Below, in pieces: positions 39,257 to 45,593 of a DNA stretch of 45,593 nucleotides; position 1 is the first letter of the stretch; each line of letters starts with the position of its first letter. The notes under the pieces were generated by a model. It did no database searches, was not told the origin of the DNA, and saw only the letters and a program-made list of their open reading frames with translations. The DNA comes from Hyphomonadaceae bacterium UBA1001 (GTDB taxonomy: Bacteria > Pseudomonadota > Alphaproteobacteria > Caulobacterales > Aquidulcibacteraceae). The stretch spans positions 1 to 45,593 of the forward strand of contig DBAV01000021.1 in NCBI GenBank assembly GCA_002291875.1. Reading direction: 5' to 3'. The position numbers and the translations under genes were made by a program.

Positions 39257-40510
39257 ATGCGCCGAACGACGTCCGATATCGGGGCCAACGCATCCGCCCG
39301 GCTGGCCGGCATGATCGGCGGCGGTGTCATGGGCATGGTGTGGGGCGCGGTGTGGCTGGGGCCGACAGCAGCGGCCGAGATCGGCCCCCCTGCGGTCGAG
39401 CACGGTGTGTCCGCGACCATCCTGGCGACCACCGCGGACGCCGATGGCGGGCCGACCGTCCAGCAGCTTTCGGCGCGTCTGGACGCAGACCTGCGGATTG
39501 GCTGGATCACCGAAAGCGGCATTGAGTTCGGCGTCGAAGGTGCGGTGGCCGCCGAGACGGACCAGAGGCGACGCGACATTGTCGGCGGGCGTTTCGGCAA
39601 TTGTCCTGCCGGTATCGGCGACTGTCTGGCGCTCATCTCGCCCTGGTCAGGCGTCTCGACCGCCGGCGCGCAGGCTGATTCCGGCCCGAGACTGTCGCTG
39701 GAGCGCGCCTTCGTCTTTGGACGCACGGGTTTTGCCGACGTCGCGATCGGCCGTGACCAGGGTGTCGGCGCGCGGTACGCCCCGGCGCCCCCCTCGCTGA
39801 CACGCGGCGTGTCCGCCGGCGACAGTGCCCTCGATCCGGGTGGCCTGGACACCGTGCGCACCGCGAATGACCCCACTGGACCTGCGGCGAAACTCAGTGT
39901 CGAGAGCGTTCGTCTGCTGGGTGTACGTTTGGGCGCCAGCTTCACGCCAGAGGCGGACGTGCGCGGGCTGGATGCGGGGGCCTTTTCGCCGCGTGCCGGG
40001 TCCGCCTCGGTTCATCTGCGCAATGTGCGCGAGGTCGCCATCAACTTCGCCCGCCCGCTGGCAGGAACCGATGTGATCGCCGGCGTGACGTGGAGCCAGG
40101 CGGACACCGAGACTTCGGCTGCCGTACCGATCGGTGTCACTTCCGAGACCGCCGAGTCTTGGTCGGCCGGCCTCTCGGTCGGACGCGAAGCCTGGGGGAT
40201 CGGCGTGCGCGTGCTGTCCGCAGACCCCGGGATCGCGCATCAGCGCCCCTATCGCGCCTGGCGCGTTGGAACCCGCCTCGACGCCCTGGGTTGGATCTGG
40301 GGCCTGGAGGGCGGGCACTCGACCGATGCGTTGGTCCACACCACATCGTCGGTGTGGCAAATCGGGGCGGCTCGCGACTTGGGCCACGCGCGGCTGGCGC
40401 TCGGATGGCGCGACACCCGCCTTGAGGCGCCCGAAGCGACCCCCGCGGGGCGCCGGGGGCGGACGATCGAGGCCTCGGGCGTGTTCATCGAGACACACCT
40501 CGCCTTCTAA
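39257..40510 (+). CDS. putative outer-membrane beta-barrel / porin-like protein
   Basis: ATG 39257 (GGAG at 39246-39249). Hydrophobic leader, alternating-polarity strands, Gly/Ser/Thr/Ala-rich, and ends ...GVFIETHLAF with a terminal Phe typical of OMP C-termini. The 5' part of the 670-aa track ORF is antisense to the DUF3576 gene and was discarded. Confidence 0.5.
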   Translation: MRRTTSDIGANASARLAGMIGGGVMGMVWGAVWLGPTAAAEIGPPAVEHGVSATILATTADADGGPTVQQLSARLDADLRIGWITESGIEFGVEGAVAAETDQRRRDIVGGRFGNCPAGIGDCLALISPWSGVSTAGAQADSGPRLSLERAFVFGRTGFADVAIGRDQGVGARYAPAPPSLTRGVSAGDSALDPGGLDTVRTANDPTGPAAKLSVESVRLLGVRLGASFTPEADVRGLDAGAFSPRAGSASVHLRNVREVAINFARPLAGTDVIAGVTWSQADTETSAAVPIGVTSETAESWSAGLSVGREAWGIGVRVLSADPGIAHQRPYRAWRVGTRLDALGWIWGLEGGHSTDALVHTTSSVWQIGAARDLGHARLALGWRDTRLEAPEATPAGRRGRTIEASGVFIETHLAF

Positions 40511-40611
40511 TCGCCGTGTTCACGCGGCTTGTCGGCACTAATTTCGAGTCGGGCGCTTTCGGTGCGCCGACAATCACGGTATCGAACCTACAGCAGTAAG
40601 CGGGGGCAGAG

Positions 40612-41070
40612 GTGATCCGGGTGTGGAGCGCAGCGATCTTGGGCTTGGGGGTGGCTGCCGCCGGCACCGTCCTTGCGCCTGTCGCACAGGCGCAGGACAC
40701 GCGTGTTCCGGCCTCGGCCGCCGCCCAGACGCGCGCCACGACCCCCTGGTACGAGCAGTTCAGCTTTGGCCAGAGCCGCAGCACGATGGACTCCCAGCGC
40801 TGGAACGGCTCTCAGGTCCGCGCCCAGGTGCGCGTCGCACCGACCGAGCAATCTCGCTGGGCGGTGCAGGTCGATGTGCGCGACCGCGACCGGACCCAGC
40901 TGCGCTCGCAGGAAAGCGTTGCCGCCGGGGCCTATTTCAGCTTCACCCCGCGCGTGCAGGTCGGTGGACAGGTGACGTTCGCGTCGCCGCCCAATCAGGA
41001 TTTTTCGCGTCGCGCTCCCGAAGAGGGTGGTGAGGCGGGCGTCCGGATCCAGTCGGCCATCCGCTTCTGA
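40612..41070 (+). CDS. small secreted hypothetical protein with OMP-like C-terminus
   Basis: GTG start, signal peptide AILGLGVAAAGTVLAPVAQAQ, ends VRIQSAIRF (alternating hydrophobic residues, terminal Phe). Family not recognised. Confidence 0.45.
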   Translation: MIRVWSAAILGLGVAAAGTVLAPVAQAQDTRVPASAAAQTRATTPWYEQFSFGQSRSTMDSQRWNGSQVRAQVRVAPTEQSRWAVQVDVRDRDRTQLRSQESVAAGAYFSFTPRVQVGGQVTFASPPNQDFSRRAPEEGGEAGVRIQSAIRF

Positions 41071-41084
41071 GGGCTCTTGCGCCC

Positions 41085-41771
41085 GTGGTGCTTTCTGCAC
41101 AGCAGGCAGTCGAACATGGCCTTGCGGCGGTCCGTGCCCGGATTGCGTCCGCCGCAGCGCTGGCAGAACGGTCGCCCGACACCGTCACCCTGGTGGCAAT
41201 TTCCAAGCAACAGCCCGATGACCGCATTCAGGCTGCGCTGGCCCTGGGCCTGCGAACCTTTGGAGAGAACCGTGTCCAGGAGGCGCTCCAACGCTGGAGT
41301 GCGCGGCGTGCCGTGACGCCGGATCTCAGGCTGCACCTCGTCGGCCCCCTTCAGACCAACAAGGCACGCGACGCGGCGGCGTTGTTCGACGTGATCGAAA
41401 GCGTGGACCGGTTGCGCCTTGTCGATGCGCTCGCCGACGCCGTGCAGCGCGAGGGCCGTGCGCCTGCCCTGCTGGTCCAGGTCAACACAGGCGAAGAGCC
41501 CCAGAAGGCGGGCGTGGCGCCGTCCGGGGTGGACACTCTGGTTCAGGCCATGCGCGCGCGCGACGGTCTGGCCCCGCGCGGCCTGATGTGCATCCCACCG
41601 GCGCATGAGGCTCCGGGTCCGCATTTCGCGCTGCTGGCAGGCCTGGCGCGGCGGTTGGACCTGCCCATCGTGTCCATGGGCATGAGCGATGATTTCGAGC
41701 ATGCGATCCGCCTGGGGGCGACCCAAGTGCGCGTGGGCTCGGCGCTGTTTGGGCCGCGCCAGGCGGCATGA
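41085..41771 (+). CDS. yggS: YggS-family pyridoxal-phosphate homeostasis protein
   Basis: VTLVAISKQQP (PLP lysine), FGENRVQE, SMGMSDDFE, VRVGSALFG. Confidence 0.85.
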   Translation: MVLSAQQAVEHGLAAVRARIASAAALAERSPDTVTLVAISKQQPDDRIQAALALGLRTFGENRVQEALQRWSARRAVTPDLRLHLVGPLQTNKARDAAALFDVIESVDRLRLVDALADAVQREGRAPALLVQVNTGEEPQKAGVAPSGVDTLVQAMRARDGLAPRGLMCIPPAHEAPGPHFALLAGLARRLDLPIVSMGMSDDFEHAIRLGATQVRVGSALFGPRQAA

Positions 41772-41793
41772 TGTCCGCGCCCGCGGCAGGGGC

Positions 41794-41961
41794 TCAGCGG
41801 CCGCCGATCGCCTCGGCACCCTGCAGGCGTTGACGCAGGTCCTCGGCCACGCGGCGCAGCGAGGCGACCCGTGCGGCATCGCGCGACGGTTGGGCGAGGG
41901 CGGTTCTCAGCGCGCTCTCGGCCTGACCCAGGCGAAATCGCAGTTCGTCATGTCTCGACAT
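41794..41961 (-). CDS. small helical hypothetical protein (55 aa)
   Basis: ATG 41961, 2 nt after the stop of the upstream small ORF. High third-position GC, helix-turn-helix-like heptad pattern, no family recognised. Confidence 0.35.
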   Translation of the reverse strand: MSRHDELRFRLGQAESALRTALAQPSRDAARVASLRRVAEDLRQRLQGAEAIGGR

Positions 41962-41963
41962 GC

Positions 41964-42155
41964 TCAGATCCTTCCGGCCCGCGCGGGCATCTCGGCATTG
42001 GCGCGGCGCGCCCGCAGCAGGGCCGCGTGCGTTTCGACGGCCTCGTCTTCCAGTTGGGCAATCAGGTTGGGATTGCGCCGGGAACGCAGGCGCTGCACGC
42101 GCAGCGCGTCCTCGATCTCCAGCAGGCGACGGTTCAGGGTGGCGATGGACCGCAT
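41964..42155 (-). CDS. small helical hypothetical protein (63 aa), DUF465-like architecture
   Basis: ATG 42155 lies 5 nt after GGAGG (42165-42161). Strongly GC3-biased codons. LNRRLLEIEDAL...RRNPNLIAQLEDEAVE resembles the two-helix DUF465 layout. Confidence 0.4.
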   Translation of the reverse strand: MRSIATLNRRLLEIEDALRVQRLRSRRNPNLIAQLEDEAVETHAALLRARRANAEMPARAGRI

Positions 42156-42355
42156 GTGCTCCTCCGTGACCAATGGCGGCGCCCTGCAACATTGCGTGCG
42201 GGGCTGACCGGCATGGGCGGACCGACATCATGCACCGCCAGGGAGCATCAGAGGGGCCTGGTCCGCTCTCCGCACAGGGGAACACGCGCCCTGCCGCAAG
42301 GGAAGAGCGAAACGGTCTCGATCACGCAGAATTCAGCACGCGCGACGCGAAGGGC

Positions 42356-42862
42356 TCACACCGGCAGGATTTCCATCGCGGTGCCCACCGGCGCGCGCGC
42401 CAGGATCGTCTCCATGTCCGGGCGCGTAACGGCGATGCAGCCTTCGGTGGGGGCGAACCCGGGTTTTGCCAGGTGAAAGAAGATCGCCGAACCGGCCCCC
42501 GCGACGACCGGGTCATCATTGTGCGCCAGCACGACCACAATGTCGTAAACGTGATCCTCGCGCCACATGCGCTCGGCGCTGGCCGGATAGGGCAGGCGCA
42601 CGGGGCGGTTGTAGGCGGGGTCGTGGGCCGCATCGCACCAGCCATCGTCGGGCGCGATCGCTGCGACCGGAAACGCGGCCACCGGTGCGGCGCCGCGGTC
42701 GGGCCGATAGAGCACGCGCCTTATGGGCCATAGGCCGGCGGGGGACGCCCCGTCGCCCTCGCGCTTGACGTCCGCCGGCACAACGCCGCCCTTGCCCAGT
42801 GCGCATCGCACCGTGCCCCACGGGGTGACCAGCATGCCATTCGCAAAGGCCCTGAGTTTCAC
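42356..42862 (-). CDS. L,D-transpeptidase (YkuD) family protein
   Basis: Catalytic motif FFHLAKPGFAPTEGCIAV (His...Gly-Cys). GTG 42862 lies 8 nt after GGAG (42874-42871); the track ORF extends to 42931. Confidence 0.75.
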   Translation of the reverse strand: MKLRAFANGMLVTPWGTVRCALGKGGVVPADVKREGDGASPAGLWPIRRVLYRPDRGAAPVAAFPVAAIAPDDGWCDAAHDPAYNRPVRLPYPASAERMWREDHVYDIVVVLAHNDDPVVAGAGSAIFFHLAKPGFAPTEGCIAVTRPDMETILARAPVGTAMEILPV

Positions 42863-42968
42863 TGTCCAGTCTCCGTGCGGACGCGTCGTTTCCCCGACGT
42901 CAGGATGTCGCCATTGACGCGGGCCTTCCACCCCTTAAGTCCGCCATGTCACTGGAGGAAGCAGCACG

Positions 42969-43652
42969 ATGACCGCCCGCCGTCCGATTTTGATCGTGGA
43001 CGATGATGTCGACCTGGCCGGCCTGATCGCCGAGGAACTCGAGCGTGAGGCGTTCGAGTCGGCCCATGCGCCCACCGCCGGCGAAGGCATCGCCATGGCG
43101 CGTGACAACAGTTTCGGACTGGTGCTGCTGGATATCGACCTGCCCGACATGGACGGGCGCGAGGCGTGCCGCCAGATGCGCGACGAGGGCGTGCACACGC
43201 CGATCGTCATGCTGACCGGCAAGCTAGCCGAGGATGACGAGGTGCTGGGCCTGGATGCCGGTGCCAACGACTATGTCACCAAGCCGTTCAAGGTGGCGAC
43301 CCTGCTGGCCCGCATTCGCGCGCACCTGCGCAGCCACGAGCAGAGCGAGGAGGCGGTCTTCACCGTCGGCCCCTATGCCTTCCGGCCGTCGATCAAGATG
43401 CTGCTGGACAATGAGGGGCGCAAGGTCCGCCTGACCGAGAAGGAAACCAACATCCTGAAGTATCTCTACCGGGCCGGCCGCAAGGCGGTCCCGCGCGAAG
43501 AGCTGCTCAAGGAGGTGTGGGGCTACAACCCGACGGTCACCACCCACACCCTGGAGACCCACATCTACCGGCTGCGCCAGAAGATCGAGCCGGACCCCGG
43601 CACGGCGCGCCTTCTGGTGACCGAGCCGGGCGGCTATCGCCTCGAACCCTGA
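42969..43652 (+). CDS. OmpR/PhoB-family response regulator transcription factor (CenR-like by eye)
   Basis: Receiver ILIVDDD...LLDIDLPDMDG...DYVTKPF. Winged-helix VRLTEKETNILKYLYRAG...VWGYNPTVTTHTLETHIYRLRQKIE. No histidine kinase gene is adjacent. Confidence 0.9.
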   Translation: MTARRPILIVDDDVDLAGLIAEELEREAFESAHAPTAGEGIAMARDNSFGLVLLDIDLPDMDGREACRQMRDEGVHTPIVMLTGKLAEDDEVLGLDAGANDYVTKPFKVATLLARIRAHLRSHEQSEEAVFTVGPYAFRPSIKMLLDNEGRKVRLTEKETNILKYLYRAGRKAVPREELLKEVWGYNPTVTTHTLETHIYRLRQKIEPDPGTARLLVTEPGGYRLEP

Positions 43653-43682
43653 GGGTTGATCGCGGGGGCCCGTCGGTACTTC

Positions 43683-43701
43683 CGCCCGCAATGCGCGGGC
43701 G
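43683..43701 (+). terminator. GC hairpin downstream of the response regulator
   Basis: CGCCCGC-aatgc-GCGGGCG, a perfect 7-bp stem 31 nt after the stop. There is no U-tract, so the terminator assignment is weak. Confidence 0.25.
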
Positions 43702-43743
43702 ACTGGATTCGCGCGAGGCGATGGCCTAAACGCCTGCAACCGC

Positions 43744-43818
43744 GCGGGCGTAGTTCAGAGGTAGAACGTCAGCTTCCCAAGCTGAATGTCGGGGGTTCGA
43801 TTCCCCCCGCCCGCTCCA
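43744..43818 (+). tRNA. tRNA-Gly (anticodon CCC)
   Basis: Folded by hand: acceptor GCGGGCG/CGCCCGC, D arm GTTC/GAAC, anticodon stem TCAGC/GCTGA with loop TTCCCAA, T arm GGGGG-TTCGATT-CCCCC, discriminator T and encoded CCA. Confidence 0.95.
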
Positions 43819-43877
43819 TGGTCTGCAAGGCTTCACGCCATTGCGCGACAGTCACCGTTTACACCCCGGTTTACACC

Positions 43878-44477
43878 TCACGTCCCCTCGGTGTTCCGAC
43901 GGCGTCGTGCCGCCAGCACCGTTACCGGCGCCACATACCGTCCGGGCGCCGAGCTCGCCCCATTCGTCCACCCCATCCGCTCGCGCAGCGCCGGATCGGC
44001 CAGCATCGCCGCCACCTCCTCGGTCGCCCGCGTCCCGCGTAGATCATGCAGCGTCTTGCCGGCTGCAAAGCCCGGATGACGCTCGCGCACTTTCGCCACG
44101 GCGCGCAGCAGCGCATGCGTCAGGCTGTCCGGACGCCAGGGCGCCCCGCGCGAGCTGGTCAGGATCGTCACCGCCCGCCTTGGAAGGCCAGCCATCAGCG
44201 CCTCGAGGTCGGGCCCCACGGGCACAACCTGCCGGGTGCGCCCCCCCGACTTGCCCGTCGGCACCACCAGCGCCCGCAGGGCGTGGTCCCACTGATCCCA
44301 TCGCACCGCACACGCATCGCCCCGCCGCAGGCCCGAGAGCCATACAAAGCGCAGCGCCACACCCGCCTCAGCCGACGCCTGCGCCACCACGGCCTCGACC
44401 TCCCAAGGCTCCCAGACCACCTCGGCCCGTCGCGCCCGATACAGCGTGCCCACATCGGCCAGCGGGTCACGCGCCAT
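43878..44477 (-). CDS. tyrosine recombinase / phage-type integrase, catalytic domain only (N-terminally short)
   Basis: Arg-I in WLSGLRRGD, Lys in VPTGKSGG, HDLRGT (His-x-x-Arg), GW...GRYV (Trp and Tyr nucleophile). Only about 30 aa precede the catalytic domain from ATG 44477, or about 40 from GTG 44504. Located 59 nt from the tRNA-Gly 3' end. Confidence 0.75.
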   Translation of the reverse strand: MARDPLADVGTLYRARRAEVVWEPWEVEAVVAQASAEAGVALRFVWLSGLRRGDACAVRWDQWDHALRALVVPTGKSGGRTRQVVPVGPDLEALMAGLPRRAVTILTSSRGAPWRPDSLTHALLRAVAKVRERHPGFAAGKTLHDLRGTRATEEVAAMLADPALRERMGWTNGASSAPGRYVAPVTVLAARRRRNTEGT

Positions 44478-45459
44478 CCATCCGCGCCGGCGGGCGTGCT
44501 TCACCCTGCCCGTCGCGCATCCGGTTGATCCAGAGTCCAGGTTCACGCGCGATGACCGCGGCAAGCTCGCCCTCGGGCAGGGCCAAGCTGCGCTTGTAGT
44601 AGGCCGCCAGGGCCGGCGGCAGATCGGCGCCGCCCGTCGCCCGGGCCTGCAGGAACAGGCGCAGCAGGGTCGAAAGCTGGTCGGTTTTCTGTACCAGCTG
44701 ATAGGCCGATTGTGGCTCGACCCCATAGGGCGGGGCGACCTTCGGCATGCGCACGCCCGCGAACCCCTCGGCCGCCCCGAACCGGCCCTGCGGGAACATG
44801 CCGTCGGGCGGCGCTGCAGCCACCTCGCGCACACTAGCGGCCACCCGCAGCGGATCGGCCCTGGGCGCAATCCCCTGACGCTGCAGCTCGCGATCCAGCA
44901 TGATTTCGCGGATCACATGGAAGGCGTTTCCGGCCAGGTCGGGACGCGAACCAAGATTGCGGTCCAGACGGCTCGCCCCCAGCATCAGCCCATAGGGCTG
45001 CGGATCGGGACCCGAGGCATGGGCCGCGTGGTGGGCCTCGTGCGCCAGGGTATCCATTGTCTCGGCCGCCGGATGGTCCGCGATGGCGTTCCGATCGAGT
45101 TCGATCTGCCCCCTCGGGGCCGAAAGCGGGGCACCCTTGCCCGGAGGCATGTACTGTCCCAAGGCACCGTCAAGCCGTCCCACCGTCACGGGGATGTCCG
45201 CACTCCAGGGCTGGGCCTCCATCATTGCGGGATGATCCAGAATGCTGCGCAACGGCACTCCGGGCCATTCCCCCGGCGAGGGCAATGATCCCGGATCAAA
45301 CCGCCCCGCCTCGGTGGCGTCCACACCGATCGCGCCGCGAGCGTCGGGCGCCGCCATGTAGCCCTGGCCGAGTTCCGCAATGCCGCGATCGAACTCTCCA
45401 ATCGCATCGTCGACCTGCTGGCGCGAGGGCATCCGCATCCGGCCGCCCTGATCCGACAT
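44467..45459 (-). CDS. hypothetical protein with HExxH zincin-like motif
   Basis: 330 aa, GC3-rich codons, TLAHEAHHAAH (HEAHH at 45028-45042). Its 3' end overlaps the integrase start by 11 nt. Family not recognised. Confidence 0.5.
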   Translation of the reverse strand: MSDQGGRMRMPSRQQVDDAIGEFDRGIAELGQGYMAAPDARGAIGVDATEAGRFDPGSLPSPGEWPGVPLRSILDHPAMMEAQPWSADIPVTVGRLDGALGQYMPPGKGAPLSAPRGQIELDRNAIADHPAAETMDTLAHEAHHAAHASGPDPQPYGLMLGASRLDRNLGSRPDLAGNAFHVIREIMLDRELQRQGIAPRADPLRVAASVREVAAAPPDGMFPQGRFGAAEGFAGVRMPKVAPPYGVEPQSAYQLVQKTDQLSTLLRLFLQARATGGADLPPALAAYYKRSLALPEGELAAVIAREPGLWINRMRDGQGEARPPARMDGA

Positions 45460-45593
45460 GATGTCGGCCGCGCGTGCCGCAGCGTCCGCGTTCCAGCCGA
45501 CGCTTCGGCTATCGGCGGCTGTTCATCCTGCTCAGGCGCGAGGGGGAGCCTTCGGGCGGCAAACGCATCCACCGGCTCTACCGCGAAGAGGGG

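Larger units (their letters stand above)
43819..45593. mobile_element. probable edge of a tRNA-Gly-associated integrated element (continues beyond the window)
   Basis: An integrase immediately 3' of a tRNA gene, followed by a non-housekeeping HExxH ORF. The conserved core synteny ends at the tRNA. The other boundary and the att repeat are not in the window. Confidence 0.45.

Noticed and set aside
43841-44599. 252-aa Pro/Ala/Arg-rich plus-strand ORF starting just after tRNA-Gly
   Set aside because: It is antisense to the integrase, whose catalytic motifs are unambiguous. Its extreme Pro/Ala/Arg composition is typical of a shadow frame.
44504-44870. Upstream 120 codons of the 330-aa integrase-frame ORF, considered as a genuine integrase N-terminus
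   Set aside because: Only the last ~10 residues (VKHARRRGW) look integrase-like. Further upstream the frame is Arg/Pro/Cys/Ser-rich filler, while the overlapping HExxH frame has the better coding signal. It is kept as an open question in the findings rather than annotated.
1-45593. Looked for CRISPR arrays, rRNA genes, IS elements with terminal inverted repeats, toxin-antitoxin pairs, restriction-modification genes and known defence genes
   Set aside because: I saw no spaced direct-repeat arrays, no rRNA-like sequence, and no transposase, nuclease/methylase or other defence-type motifs in any credible ORF. Apart from the right-hand edge, the window is conserved origin-proximal core genome.

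Overview
This is a gene-dense, high-GC segment with alphaproteobacterial chromosome organisation that spans the replication origin and the partition locus. All family calls rest on motifs read by eye from the ORF track and the DNA. No searches were run.

Gene order, left to right:
- Plus strand: chpT, tsaE-amgK-murU, addB-addA, trxA and two exported amidohydrolases.
- Then mutM (minus), ubiE-ubiB, and coaBC with a coupled PRAI/TrpF-family gene.
- Minus strand: hemJ-hemH-hemE.
- The 501-bp hemE/kinase-pyrophosphorylase gap (21287-21787) is called as oriC. It holds a dense cluster of TCCAC-core DnaA-box-like motifs and one TTAA-N7-TTAC site, and a run of eight GANTC sites (21279-21584) spans it and hemE's first codons.
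- The conserved DUF299 kinase-maf-aroE-coaE-dnaQ block follows.
- Three minus-strand enzymes come next: a quinone oxidoreductase, a GDPD lipoprotein and a dienelactone hydrolase.
- Then small ORF-mnmE-mnmG-rsmG-parA-parB, with three perfect 16-bp parS palindromes (one intergenic, two inside rsmG).
- Then holA-lptE-leuS-DUF3576 (minus), two outer-membrane-like ORFs, yggS, two tiny helical ORFs, an L,D-transpeptidase, an orphan OmpR-type response regulator and tRNA-Gly(CCC).
- Directly after the tRNA lies a short tyrosine recombinase overlapped by a 330-aa HExxH protein. This is probably the edge of an integrated element that runs off the window.

I saw no rRNA, CRISPR array, IS element or recognisable defence or toxin system, and I do not see a complete novel multi-gene system. 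The best candidates for something undescribed are:
- the truncated tRNA-Gly island module (HExxH protein plus minimal integrase);
- the inactive-looking amidohydrolase partner;
- several small ORFs translationally coupled to housekeeping genes.
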